From Callorhinchus milii (lineage: Eukaryota), in contig NW_024704742.1 of the NCBI RefSeq assembly GCF_018977255.1, forward strand, positions 117,802,001-117,866,000: a stretch of 64,000 nt of DNA. The letters are read 5' to 3'. The notes under the pieces are model-generated. The model was not told the DNA's origin and did no database searches. It saw only the letters and a list, made by a program, of their open reading frames with translations. Every line of letters begins with the position of its first letter. The stretch's first letter is position 1. Below are positions 40,601 through 55,600 of the stretch, piece after piece. The position numbers were made by a program, and so were the translations under genes.

Positions 40601-43600
40601 GATTGTTGCTGCTATTCTACTTCCTCAGATCCATAGCATAGCTTGACAGTATCTGCCAAGTTAACCATATTACATCGATTCTGTGAATCCATTTGTGTAT
40701 GTTTGGAATCAGATGGGTCTTCTTAAATATGGCACAAATTCATTGTTGAATGTTAAATGGCATGGTAAAAATTCTCATAGATGTAATTTCATGAAACCCA
40801 CCACCTGCTGCCTCGACCCCCCTCCCCACACAGCTGCTGATCACCCAGCTCCCCCTCCTCTACCCAATGTTGGTAGACACCGTTAATCAGTTCCTCTCCT
40901 CAGGATCAGTCCCATGCCCCCTCAAAACTGCTGTCATCACCCCCCTCCTTAAAAAACCTACCCTTGACCCCTCCAACCTTGGGCACTACTGCCCTATCTC
41001 AAGCCTGCCCTTCCTGGCCAAAGCTCTGGAACGCATTGTTGCCAACCAACCACACACACCTCTCCCTCCACTCCCTACTCGAACCACTCCAGTCCGGTTT
41101 CCACCCTGCCCAAAATACAGAGAGTGCTCGTGAAAGTCATAAACGATGCTCTCTCTATCTATGGCCAGGGCTCCCTCTGCCTCCTTGTCCTCCTGGACCT
41201 CTCCATCTTGTTTGACACAGTCGATCACGCCATCTTCCTCCACCACTTGTCCTCCATCATCCACCTCAGTGAGACCGCACTCACTTGGTTCGAGTCCTAT
41301 CTTACAAACCGCCAGCACTACATTTCCGCAAATCGTTTTTATTCTCGCCTCCACCCGGTCACCTGCGGGGTATCCCTTCTCTTCCTCTTCTATATGTTCC
41401 CTCTCAGTGATGTCATCCGCAGACATGGGGTTAACTTCCACATGTATGCGGATGACACTCAACTCTACTTTTCCTCCTCCAGCTGCAACCCCCAATCCCC
41501 TGATGTTCTGTCAGCTTGTCTGACAGATATCAAAGCTTGGATGAGTGCAAATATCTTGCAGTTAAACATCAACAAGACGGAAGCCATACTCCACCTCCAC
41601 CACATTGCCTGTCTCTGACAATACCTCACCCCCCAAGCTGCCGAAACCCTTGTTCACGCCTTTGTCACCTCTCGGCTGATCTACTCTAATGCCCACCTCG
41701 CCGGTCTCTTCTCCTCCTCTGTTCACAAAATTCAACTCATCCAAAACTCCACCGCCTGCATTCTCAAACGCACTAAACTCCGCACCCCGATTACCCCAGT
41801 CCTTGCCAAACTCCACTGGCTCCCTGTCACTGAGTGGATAGACTTCAAGATCTCACTCTAGTGTTTAAATCCCTCCACACCTTGGCACCACCCTATCTCT
41901 CTAACCTCCTCTCTCCTTACAGTCCTACCTGCTGGATCCGCTCTACTGGCTCCAGCTTGTCCCCCAAATTCTCCGCTCCACCATCGGTAGCCATGCCTTC
42001 AACCACTACACCCTGAAGCCATGGAATTCCCTCCCTCAACCCCTTTGCCTTGCCTCCTCTTTCCCCATTTTAGGTTGCGTCTGAAGACCTTGCTCTTCGA
42101 CCGTGTCTATGGTCACCTTCCCCGCCCCCCTGGCTCGGCATCAGGCTCCACCATTGTTAGATGGGATGCATGGAACTCTCAGTTTGATTTGGATATTCTT
42201 GAGTATAGTGATAGTTTCTACATGTGTCAGACACCCAGCTGACCCCCAGAAATACTGTCTATACCATCTCCTGTTATTTAGTTTCTTTTGGATTCCTTAG
42301 GATTTAAACTTGTTCCCTGACAACAATCTTTCTATTGTAATATTAGAGGGTTTTTTGGTGTTAATGTTCCTGAATGTATTCAATATACACTTATTGGTAT
42401 GGACAGGAACTTGCCATTCTCTGGAGCTAAATGTAGAGCAAACGCCCTGGAAAAGGTGGGTCCCAGCCAGGTATTGCTTGCTGCTCACGGGTACTACTCT
42501 TTCCCACGCTAAGGCAATGTGCATGAGCTCTCAGGCTAGTACTTCAGATCTAATAATAATAATAATCGTTGCATTTAATATAGTGCCTTGTCACATCATT
42601 GAGACATCTCAAAGCTCTTTACAGGATTTATTTATTAGCTCCAGAAAATGGGAAGTGCCTGTGTATATCAATAAATTAAGTTTATATTGAATACATTTGG
42701 GAACATATTGTAAAGTGGATTGACGGTGTATTTTATGGGAGAAATGTGCCTGCTAAATAAATTGAGTGTCTCTCTAGGATACGTGTTGCTTTTCCCATTT
42801 GGTATCATTATTATCACCAGAGCAGCCTAACACTGAAATAGGAGAATATTTTTAAAACATATACTCTCTTTTTTCATTTCATGTTTCAACTTTACCTTAA
42901 CTGCAGTTTGTATGTGAACAACATTCAAGTAGATCTTGTTCAGTAAAATTGTACATTTTACTCAAATGTTTATATTTACTCTGATCCTTTTTGCAGGGCA
43001 TGTAACTCAATCTTCACAGCTCTGGAGCACTGCCAAGAGGCAATAGAGATCACAAGTGAGGACCATGTCATACAGGTAACCCAGCATCACTAATGGATAC
43101 AACTCATGGTTAGACATGAACTGATGAGCCAGTGTTACTTGATGTTTGCAACAATTAAGTGTCTGTTTCATGACAAACTGATGTTTTCAATGCAGTTTTG
43201 CAAGCCCATATTTAGGTCATTTTGGAAAGCAACTCTAGGATGTAGTCTAACACCAAATATTTGCACTGGTAACCTGTAACATTTAAAACTCTATAATTGG
43301 CTGTTGCATATGCCCACAAAAACACAATCACTGCTCTTTACAGTATATCATGTGAAGTTCTTCTGACCCGAAAGGTACTACACCAAATGAAATTATTATT
43401 ATTACTATTACATTTAGAAAGTTCTCAATCATCTCCATTAAAATTAAGTAAATGTAGAAGCACAATTAATAGACAGCGCTTCTAGCAATTTGGAAAAGAA
43501 AACTGGAATGTGGGACTTCCACCTCTCACATCCGGCTTTGAATCACAGCCAGATCTAATGGGTTAAAATTCTCTCCTTTCTGCTGTAATGGTCTAAAGTC

Positions 43601-46600
43601 TGATGGTTCCCTTTTCTGGTAGGTTCAGATAAAAAAAACAACTAGTAAGAGATGGTGTAGGAGAAGACATCCTGCAATGTACTTCCAGGTACGAGACAAA
43701 AACACAAAAAATTAAGAGCTATCAGTACTGAACCTACAATCTCATTCACAAAGGCTTTTGGGTTGCTAGAACACAACTATTGCCACAAAACATTCAACAC
43801 AAAAAACTAAAACAAGGCACATTGAGACACATTGGGGAAAGAAATTCCATCTGGGTCAAGACTGACTATTTTCTTAGCATATCAGAGCAAGCAGAATTTG
43901 GCAAAATAGTTGAATTTAGTCTGAACTTAGAAGTCGTTTTTCTGTCATCATTAAAAGAACATCCAGAAAAACTGCATCAAAATTAAGACTGCATATAAAA
44001 ATTTGCCAAATGCTGGATGCTCTAAAATGCTACATCTAGACCTTGGTAGAATTTGTACCCATTTGTTCGGACAAAATCAACAAAGCTGTGCTCTTCATTT
44101 CACCTTACTATGTCTCACGTCAGGGTGCCTGATGCTGGTGAAGCTGTTGACAAAATGAAAGGGAAGTATTTGTTCCGTTGCAGTGTTTTTACAAACCAGT
44201 TGTGAAATAACAAATCCCAAAACACAATTCAGAATTTTTGTTACATAATTTTTCATCAATATCCATTATTTTCTCCTAAACATCATGTCTGCTTTACTGT
44301 GCCTTATCACTCTCCAAATGTCATCCTGTTATAGGATAATGTGATCCACAGCTCGGAAACTATTTCGGTGACAGATGTTAAGGGACTTGGTGGTTTGTAA
44401 ATCAGTGCAGCTTAGCATTCGTTTTTCCAGTGACTACATGTGGATACATGTTTACTTACCTTCCATCTGTTTGGAGTGCACTGCAGAGTGCCGCTCATTG
44501 CAGCAATCCTTACAAATCGTGCCTCGCCAATGTAATAAAACCAAGTCAAAGTCTGCTTTTTATTGCTATTTCTAAGAGTTTTTATATAACACTATTTGAT
44601 TGGAAGCAGTAGTGCAAATACAAGCTAGTTGTAAACTAATCCGCTCCTTCAAATGATCTACTAAAAATAGTTCAGTACTAGGTCTGTTGTAACAGTTTCA
44701 AATTAACTTTAAATGAGAACTACCAAATCCTGAATGCTTCATCTTTCTGTTGTTGTCTTTTCCTGGTTGGCAGGAGATCTCCAACAATAATAAAAATCCT
44801 TGCATTTGATATAGGGTCTTGCACGTCAGTAGGACATCTCAAAGAACTTCACAGAATTTACTGTCAAGTATTTTTGTAGGCAAACACGGCAGCCAAATCG
44901 CACACAGCAATATCCTACAAACAGGAATTACCTTTCTTACTTGGCTTTTCATCTTTGTGCCCAGTCAGTAGGGTGTAAGTATGGGTGAAGAAAATGGATG
45001 AGATGTCTAACGTTTGCCAATCACTAACATGCTCAAATTTTACATGACGTGATAGTTTGCTATAATTTATGGATCACAAGTGTTAGACTGCAAGCACTAG
45101 ATAGCTGATAATGATGTAGTCCTCACCAATGTTTCCACATAACCACTTTCTCAGGAGATGACTAGATGGCAATCAGAAATTGGTTTCTCCAGGTATTATT
45201 TTCCTCTTTAACATAGGGTCACTGAGCCCAGCTGTAGCAACAAAAATAACAAATTGCATTTACATAGCGCCTTTCATATCAGGAGGATGTCCCAAACTGC
45301 TAGACTGCCAAGGGTTGGCACCTGAGCTGGGGTTTGGAATCAAAAGGGGTGGTGGACATAGGAGGGTGGTGGGAAGATAACGGTCAAAGAGGAGTGTCTT
45401 GAGATGGGCCTTGAAGAAGGCAAGTAAGGTAATTTCAGTCAAGTATATTTACTGTGTATTTATTGGCAAACACAGCAGCCAATTTATACACAACAAGGTT
45501 CCACAAACAGCCATGAAATGAATGACTAAATTATGTGAAGTATTGTTAGCCAGAACACCATGAAAAATTCCCTTTGCTTTTCAAATAGTGTATGGGATCT
45601 GCATTGTCCACCTGAACAGTCAGATGGGATCTCAGTTCAATGCCTCATGCCTGAAGGATGGCACCTCCAATATTGCAGCAATCTCCAGTACTCACTGAAA
45701 TGTCATCTTAGACTGTGAGCTCAAAGTCCTGGCCTGGGGCAGGAGTCTAACCTACAGACAGGAGTACTGCCAACTAAGCTAAGCTGCATATACCCACTTA
45801 ACATCAGGAAACACTTTTTCAGAGTAGTTTTGCTTTTAGCCAGAGCATATACTATCAAAGAACTGAATATTAAAATTAAGATATTTATTAACGAATCAAC
45901 AGAAAGCCAGATGTGCAGATCAATATCCTGGTAAGTCCAGTTTTCAGGCTTTCACTGTATGATGGGGGAATAGGAAACTGAAGAAGAAAGGGATTTGACC
46001 AGAAAATTAATTTAATCTTTGATTTGCTTTGCAGTATGTCAACCCAGCATTTGAACGTATGATGGGTTACCATAAGGGGGAACTGATTGGCAAAGAACTT
46101 ACTGAATTACCCAAAAGCGACAAAAATAAAGCGGACCTCCTTGATACAATAAACATGTGTATTAAGAAAGGAAAGGTGAGTGTTTCATTTAATTTGCGTG
46201 TCATTGATATAGTTAGCTTCAAATCCAGGTCATGAGGAGTATTCAACTGCTCACAAAAGTATTGGTTTGAGTGGAAATTTGGTAAATTTTCCATCATTCT
46301 TGGAAATAGAAAGTCACAGGTTTGAACCTGGCTAAGATTGATTCAGTTTTGAGATTTAGATGAGTTCAGATATCAGTTCATGCCTATGGCTAACTCCTGC
46401 CAGAATCCATGTATTACAGGCAGTGACCAACAACGTGTGTCATGGCCAGTGTTCTTCAGTGTATCACTGTTAAGTTTCCGTCAATGTGTGTCACTGTCAT
46501 TGTCCATCAGTGTGTCAAACAATGCCATCTCCCTGGTCGCCGGATTTCCCAACTCTTCCCTCCACAAGCTGCAGATCATCCAGTACGCCACAGCTCGTGT

Positions 46601-49600
46601 ATTTCTCATACAAGGCTCCATGACCCTATCAACCCACCCTCGCCAGCTCCACTGGCTCCCTATCTCCCAGATGGCCAAATTCAAGATCCTCGTCCTCACT
46701 CTTAAATCCCTCCATGGTCTTGTCCCACACTACCTCTGCAACCTTCTAAAACCGTACCACCCCGCATGCTCCCTCTGCTTGGCAGCCACAGGCCTGCTTC
46801 ACATTCCCCGCCCTGCCCACAACACTATCGGTGGTCGGGCTTTCTGCCCCACCCTCTGGAACTCCATTCTGGAGTCCCTCCACCTCACTCCTTCCCTCAC
46901 TTCCATCAAGATCTGTCTCACGACCTTCCACTTTGACTGCATCTTCAGTCATCATTACATCCCCACCTCCACCCCCTTGACCCCCACCCACTCCACTAAT
47001 CCAACCCCAGTTCATGTGTAAACCCTCAAGACATGAAATCTGGTATATAAATATAATTTGCTGTTTTTTCTTATTGTTGTTGCTTGTGTCCATCAATTGC
47101 ATGCCAATTTTCAGTTGGAAAAACAGTTCTAACCTTAATATACATATTAAAGTCATTTGCTCATGAAACTGCAGAAATGTCAGCTTACCTGATTCTCTGT
47201 AGTGTATGTTTTTATGTTATTTCTGTGAATGTGGTATGAAAAACAAATGCTGAGACATTCAATAATTAGGGACTGATCTTGACTCATTTTACAGGAATGG
47301 CAAGGGATTTATTTTGCAAGAAGGAAAGCAGGAGACAGTATTCAGCAAGATGTAAAGATTACACCTGTAATAGGCCAGGGAGGGTAAGTACTAGAATTTG
47401 TTGTTGTAGAAAGTGAGGTTAACTAAGGGGGAACAACAGCTCTTTGGTTTGCTTTGATCTTTCATGTATCAGAAGCCAAGAACATTTTATTTTCTGATAT
47501 CAGTATCAAAATTCTACTTATTGATAATAAACCCACAAAACATCTTAATCCGGCAAAGCCTGAAAGAAAACTTTGTATCTCTATTCAATGGGCTCATTTT
47601 TATTCAAGTGATAACACAAGGCCACAAATTATTGTATTATCCTTATTACATTAATCTTAAGTATTAAGTGTTATCTTCATCCTGTGGTTATGTGTTTGGA
47701 CACATCGTTGTACACTGGTAGATAAAAAGAACGAAGGCCAGATCTGATGTTACTAGTCCAATTGCAACACTTGTAACTGTGTTATGTGTTCCTGCAGTGT
47801 TGCAGTCAGTCAATATTGGGTTCAGTGCCAGTGTTCAATTATGACACGGTTGCATATTTTCTTCCACTTCAAAGAAACAAAATTATAAAAAGGGACATGT
47901 TGGTTTGCCCACTTTTCATGTAAAAACATAAGAATCAGCATGCAATAAGGCAAGCCCATTCCGCCCATCAATCCAGCTCCTTCTAGACCATAGATACAAG
48001 CTTATAATGGGCTATAAGATGGTCCAACCTTTTGGCTGCCGAGGGCTGGATTTCCTATTTGAAAAACATCCATGGGCCGCATAAGTGATATTTTGTGTTT
48101 CCCTTATAGAAACATAACAATATTTAAACTGCTCGACACTGTCACCCAAGCTGTCGAGGGAGGTGTGATGCAGAGGGGAAAAGATGACCAAAAGAATTAT
48201 AACTTGATGTGCCTTGAAAGATGGGAGGGAGGGAGTGAGGGAGGGAGTGGAGCTGCAGAGAGTGGAGGCAAAATGGCAATGATGGGGCAGATGGGGTGGG
48301 GGAACATGAGGTAAGCGGTGTTTGCTGGGCAAAGGGAACGGCCAGATCGGGAGGTTGCAGAGGTAGGGTTGGGAGGGGGTTGAAGGACTTAGAGGAGGTT
48401 TGCACTGGAGAAAGAAGGAGTATTCTGTGAGGAAACTTGACAGCAGGTCACTCGGTATCTGTCCAGGCTTTGCGCCTGAGCTACTGCTGGGAGCCCAGAG
48501 GATCAATGCCAGGAGGGAAGTAGGGGGGGGGGGGGAACGGAGATGACCGAAGGCAATGTCAAAGAGGTAGGTCTTGAGGCAGGCTTTGAAGGAACCAACT
48601 TCTAACCCATCCCCACCTCCCCTCACACTCTGGCCCCTACCCATCCCTCCCACCACACCTTCAAACTTGTCTTCCTCTCCTCTCTCATCACCATTATTAC
48701 CCATGTGAAACCCAACACCTGCTTCCTTGACCCCATCCCTACCCCTCTCCTTTCCTCCCAGCTCCTTGCTTCCCCCTCTACTCACGGACATCATCAACCT
48801 CTCCTTTCCCACCGGTACCGTTCCCACCCCCTTAAAAACAGCCGTTGTAACCCCAATCTCAAAAAACCTTCCCTGGACCCATTCCTGCTCTCAAATTACC
48901 TCTCCATCTCCAACTTCCTTCCAAGGTCCGAGTGGTTGCTTCCCAGCTTCGCTCTGTCCTCTCCACATGTATGCGGATGATACTCAACTGTATAATAATA
49001 ATAACAATAATAATAATAATAATCCTGGTATTTGATAAACCGCTTTTCACGTCTTCTCGATGTCTCAAAGTGCTTCACAGAATAGACTGTAAAGTGAATT
49101 GACTATATATTTGTGGGCAAAACGTGGCAGCCAATTGCGCACAGCAATGTCCCACAAACAGTCGTGGATTAAAAATGACCAATTTATTATTGTTTTTTGT
49201 TTTGGAGGGATTATTATTAGGTGTGTGGAGTAAGGAAACTTGCCCAAGGTTTCGCCCTGCCTGGAATTGATCCTAGGTGTCTCGCTTGGAAGGCGAGTAC
49301 TCTAACCACTGAGCTACAGGACTCCAACTCTATCTCTCTGCCTCCACCCTCGACTCCAGGACTACTGCTGTTCTGACAGAATGTCTGTCAGATATCAAGT
49401 CCTGGATGAGAGCTAAGTTTCTCCAGTTGAACGTCAACAAGACCGAAGCTCTCCTGATTTGTTCCCATCAGCTTCTCCACACTTCAGGGACTGACAGCAT
49501 CACCATCCAAGGATGCACAATCAACCTCACTGAGCCAGTCCGAAACCTTGGCATCATGTTTGATCCTTAACTGTACTTTCTACCTCACACCCATGCCATG

Positions 49601-52600
49601 ACCCACTCTGCGTTCCCCCACCTCCGCAATATAGCCCAGCTCCGCCACTTCCTCTCCCCTCAGGACACCGAAACCCTCATCACACCTAGGCTCAACTACG
49701 CCAACTCCCTGCTTGTCAGCCTTCCCAACTCTTCCCTCCACAAGCTGCAGACCATCCAGAAATCTGCAGATGCTGTTCTCTCCCGCACCAGGCTCCGTGA
49801 CCCCATTACCCCCACCCTTGCCTGGCTCCACTGGCTCCCCATCCCCCAGAGGATAGAGTTCAAAATCCTCGTTGTCGCCTTCAAAGCCCTCCACGGCCTT
49901 CTTCTTCCTAGCTCTATGATCTGCTAACGTCATATCAACCTGTTCGCTCCCTCTGATCAGCAGCCTGCTCCACATACCCTGCCTGGCCCACCCCACTATT
50001 GGCCCCCATCTCTGCCCCCATCCTTTGGAGCTCCATCCACAGTCCCTTTGCCTCGCTCCCTCCCTTGCCTCCTTCTAGGCATGTCTCAAGACCCTCCTCT
50101 TCGACTGCACCTTGGATCACCCTCCTACACTCCCTGCCCTCCACCCCTCCTCATCCCAATCCCCAGCTCGAGTCCAAGTCCCTGACTGTCCAGCCCCTTG
50201 GGACATCACCTCCGATGTGAAAAGCACTACACAAATGTAATTTGTTGTTGTTGAAGGGATGAATTGTAGGGAATCCGAGAATGCTGCAGAACTCTGCAGC
50301 TCGTGTACTCCAAAGCTCCAAATCATCCAAAACTCTGCAGCTCGTGTACTCTCGTGCACCAGGTTCCGTGACCCCATCATTCCCACCCTCGCCCGACTCC
50401 ACTGGCTCCCCATCCCTCAGAGGATCAAATTCAAGACTTTCAAGGCCATCCATAGCCTTGCCCCCTCCTACCTCTCTGACCTGCTGACTCCCTACCAACC
50501 TGCCCGTTCCCCTCGGTTCAGCGGGCTCCGGTCTGCTCCATGTCTCCCGCCCGACCCGCCCTACCATCGGTGGCCGGGCTTTCAGCCTCTCTGCCTCCAC
50601 ACTCTGAAACTCCATCCCACAGACCCTTCACCTCGCTTCCTCCCTTGTCTCCTTCAAGGCCGGTCTCAAGACTTTTCTCTTCGATCATGCCTTCAGTCAC
50701 CCTCCCACCTCTCTGCCTTCCCTCACCCCTACCCCACTCCTCCCCCATGCTCGGGTCCTGACTCCTGACTGTCCAGCACATTGGAACGTCCTCCCGACGT
50801 GAAAGGTGCTCTATAAATGTAATTTTGTTGTTGTTGTTGAATGCATTCCAGTGAACAGGGGCAGAAATGCTAAAAGCCTGACCGCAATGATGGGGTTTTC
50901 TTGTTGAAACAACCCAGTTACATTTTTTCTAACCAGTTGCAGGATCGATTTATACAACATAGAAAAATTTGAAAAATGTGGTAGTGTAGCAAGAAGGTAA
51001 AAAACCTAAATTCTGTTATAATTTCTGGAGCAGTTTTAAGTAGCACTGTCAATTTGTGAAATTTTGCCCTGCCCTGCTAAGTAAATTAAAATCATCTCCT
51101 CTGTGGTGTGTCCTATAAACTATCTGACACACTTACTCCCATCATGTATCATGTATTTTCTAGCTAACATTAAGGTCTAATGCATGCTGTTTGATTATGC
51201 TGGTGAACCTTCTGTACTGTTAATGTATAGAACAAAAGGTTCATTGGATTTAGCAAACGGCACATGTTAGATCTCACTAGTGCTAATTTTTTTAATGCCA
51301 GCATCAATATGGAAAAAAAATAGAATAGGAGCTTGAGAAAAACAAAGATGCCCTCTCTCCCCATGTCTATAGAGTTATTAAAGGCTACAAAAGGCTGGTT
51401 TCAGAAAATGCTATAAAATTGGTGCTTCACTTGGTTAGTAACACTCTCATCTTTGAGTCAGAAGGTTGTTGGTTCAAGTCCCATATTGGTACTTTAAACT
51501 AACATAGTCCAAGCCAGTGCCGGCCAAATTATTGCCCACATGGCTGTCAAGAAGCACCCTTGCCCCCCCCACCCACACACATGAACATTCACACAAGTCT
51601 AGGTAAATCCATGTTGAATGGTAGTGTGATTCCAAGTTTTTCTTGATTGAATATTTCTTAATTTATGGCATAATTCAAGAAATATTCTATCATGAACATT
51701 TATTTTGTTGACCGACGAAAAAGATTGTCCACCACTGGCCTACTCTGACACTCCAGTGCAGTATTCATCATTGCAGGTGTCATCCTTCAAATGAGATGTT
51801 GTTATTTATCAACATTGCATTTTAAACCTGAGTTTAATTCATTTTAATGTAATTTTGATGAACTAATTCTAACTGTTAAAGCAGAAACACATCACAGGTC
51901 AATAATAATAATAATAGGACATATGTAAAGATATACCATTGAGAAATAAAATGCATCCCCTTCCAAAGATCTTATATTTTTTCAAGCAAAGAGCAACCTA
52001 ATGTAGCCAGGGTATTGAAGCAACTGCAGTTCATTGGAGCACAATCCCCTTGTATCAAGGCAAAGGCAGCCTTGACTGTCCCACAGTGCAGAGTTGCTGA
52101 TCTTTGCAATTGCAGCTGTGGAGAAGGGATGGCATCTCCACTTTGCTGCTTCACGTCTCTTAATATTCACTCACAGTGTCACCAATGGACAGGTCTCCAG
52201 ACCACTTAGCAACAGGAGGTCCATAAGCCTCAATTTAGAAAGATATTTTGCCCACAAAATACAGTCAATGCACTTTAAAGTATATTCTGTGAAGTGCTTT
52301 GAGATGTCTCGACATGTGCTAAGGCACTCTATCAAATGCAAGGATTATTATTTATTATTTATTCCTCATACACCACCTATCCGCTTTACTCAATCTTCAC
52401 GGATCTGCCCTTGCCTGGTTCGATTCCTATCTCTCTCACTGTCTGCACTTTGTTGCCTCTAATGGTTTCTCCTCCAGCCCCCGCAGTGTCACATCAGGCA
52501 TCCCCCAGATCTCTGTCCTTGGCCCTCTCTTCTTTAATATCTACATGGTGACATCATCCGCAGACATGGGGTCAACTTCCACATGTACGCGGATGACACC

Positions 52601-55600
52601 CAACTCTATCTTTCTGCCTCCACCCTCAACTCCAGGACCACTGCTGTCCTGACGGACTGCCTATCGAACATCAAGTCCTGGATGAGGGCAAATTTCCTAC
52701 AGTTGAATGTAAACAAGACTGAGGACCTCCTGATTAGCTCGCGCCAGCACCTCTGCATCTCAGGTTCTGGTAGCATCAATCTCCATGGTTGCACACTACA
52801 ACTCACCGCCACTACCGCACCCCTCAGGCCGCTGAAACTCTTGTTCATGCCTTCATCAACTCCAGGCTCGACTATGAAAATGCCCTGCTTGTCGGCCTTC
52901 CCAATTCCTCCCTTCACAGGCTGCAGATAATCCAGAACTCTGCAGCCCGTGTCCGCTCCCGCAGCAAACTCCATGACCCCATCTCCCCAACTCTCGCCCG
53001 ACTTCATTGGCTCCCTATCCTTCAGAGGATCCAGTTCATGATCCTGGTCCTCACCTACAAAGCCCTCCATGGCCTCGCCCCACCCTACCTCTGCGACCTC
53101 CAAACACCCTACCAACCCGACCGCTCCCTCCACTCAGCCGGCTCCGGGCTGCTCCACGTCCCCCGACCCACCCACCCCACCGTTGGTGAGAGTGGCCTTC
53201 AGCCACTCTACCCCCAATCTCTGGGATTCCATCCCCCAGTCACTCCACCTCGCCTCCTCCTTAGCCTCCTTCAAGTCCCGCCTCAAGACCTTCCTCTTTG
53301 ACCATGCCATCAGCCACCATGAAATGCTGTACTCTGTCCGGCGCCTTGGGACATCCACCTGACGTGAAAGGCGCTGTACGAATGTATTCTTTTTGTTATT
53401 ATCATTATTATTATGTTAAAGACAGATTTGATATTTGTACAGTGTGGCCCGTGGAGTGGAAGATGGGACAATGCAGGGTTTAGTGAATTATTTAAAGTGT
53501 GTTGTGTTAAGAACCAGTTGAAGAAGCTTTATTCCTACCCTCTTGTGCTGCTTGTAGATATTTGTCTATTGCAGACTGATGTCTGTCTGATGCCCTCTTG
53601 AGTGTAACTGCACTTTTGTGTTCCGTGAATAGGAAAATTAGGCATTTTGTCTCCATCAAGAAATTGTGCAATGACAACAATAAACAGGTAAGATTTTAAT
53701 TAATCATTCTGGATTGTGTTTAATATTAAAATGTGTGGTTGCAACAAGGTTGTGCTCTTCATCCTATAATGATTGACAAAATCAGCTCAGTCTCTTGAAT
53801 GAGTCCAGGATCCTAGCCTCTTCCTGGTAACCTATTCCAGCTGTTCATTGTCTTCTTTGTAAATAAATACTTTATAGGATTATACAACACAGAAGGAAGC
53901 CATTTGGTCCATCGTGTCTATGTCATGTCTTCCTGGTGTCTATTCTAAAATTGCAATTCACCCTTTGAACCTGTGTCCTCTTGTCCTGCTGTCTTGTTAT
54001 ATCGCTAATGAGGTTTTGTTATTGCTTTTTCTCAATAATTGTTGCAATTTCTATTGTAGAATCATATAATTTTACAGCACAGAAGGAGGAAACTCGCTCG
54101 GCCCAATGTGCTGTGCTGGTCCTCTAAAAGATCTATATATTTAATCCCATTCCCCTTTCTCCACACCCTTTAATATTTTTTCTTTTTTGAAATATATGTT
54201 CAATTCCTTTTTAAAAGCTACAAGGGATTCTGCACCATCTCCAGCTTTTGGACATTCAGTGTCCTAATAACCCTCTGTGTTCAAAAAAATTCCCAACCCC
54301 TCTCTTTTTTGTTGATGACCTTAAATGTGCCCTTAGTTATACTGCATTTAACATTGCTGATATATCTGTGAAATCTTCAGTCAGAGATCTTTAATTGGAG
54401 TTTAAACAGTGAAACGATACTAATCTCCTATTCTCGTCCCACCTAATTACTACTGTCCCTATTGCCCATGTAGAAGCTGCTGCAGTCATTCTTCAATTAC
54501 TTAGCAATTAGATTTCAGCAATGCAGCTCTCCATTAAACTCATTATACTCCTGGCAAAGTCTGTGCTTCAGTCAACATTGTCCATTTGAGGCTTTGTGAG
54601 TTGTAACCTCTTCAATTGCTATCACCTGCAGCAGCAGAGAAAGTCAGGTGGCAAAGTGAGGGATCTGCACTCAATCTAGTTTTAATTGTCAGGAGTCCAG
54701 CCAACATGTCCTACCCAGAATGTTTCCTTTGATGCATTGATTGAACTGAGTTAGAAAGAAAGAATATGCATTTTTCATGCTGCTTTATGCATCAAAACAT
54801 CTCAAAGCTCTTTGGCAATTTATTATTTCTACTGGCTATTAAAGAATGAAAGTCAAATACGCTCCTCGTAGTGTATCTCATGGTATGTTTGTAACAAAGT
54901 CCTATTTAACTAGAAATGGCTTTGTAATAACCCAATGCTGTGAAATTTATCCTATTTAAGCCACAAGCAGATTCCACAGGGCCAGTGGCAACAATCTAGA
55001 TATACTAGAGTTATTTCTGAGTTGAAATTCACAACTATTATTTCTAGCTGCCTCTGGATCTTTCCCGATCTTTGGCAGGTCCATACAGGCCAGCGAAAGA
55101 AGGATATGAGTTGGAGCAAGGAGTGGGTGGAGAATCATGTAGAGTATAAACATCGGCATGGACTAGTTGGGCTGAATGGCCTGTTTCTGTGCAATACAAT
55201 CTACAGAAATCTATGTAAAAATATTTCACACATTCAATGAGCACTCAACCCACCAAAGACCAGATAAAAGCCAGCTAGGGCCGAAGCGCTCTGCATAGAC
55301 TTTGGGTGTCTTGGCAGGGGGAGAAGAATCCTAGAGTAAGCCACACTTTGCAGTGTCATATCAGCAGGACTTTGAACTCTTTTGAACTGCTGCAACTTCT
55401 ATAAATCATATAACTCCTGGAGGTAATAAGAATAGTCCTTGCATATGATATAAATTGCTGTGCGCAATTGGCTGCCATGTTTCACCCACAAATATACAGT
55501 CAATTCACTCTACAATGCATTCTGTGAAACACTTTGAGATGTCTAGAAGACTTGAAAAGTGTTATATCAAATGCAAGGATTATTATTAGTATTATAGCTG

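Noticed and set aside
44336..44401. Possible extra exon after ctgttatag in intron 7
   Set aside because: The phase-0 frame reaches TAA with no convincing donor, and exons 7 and 8 already join correctly.
48012..48827. 271-aa minus-strand ORF
   Set aside because: It is a chance read-through across oppositely oriented L2 fragments and has no coherent domain.
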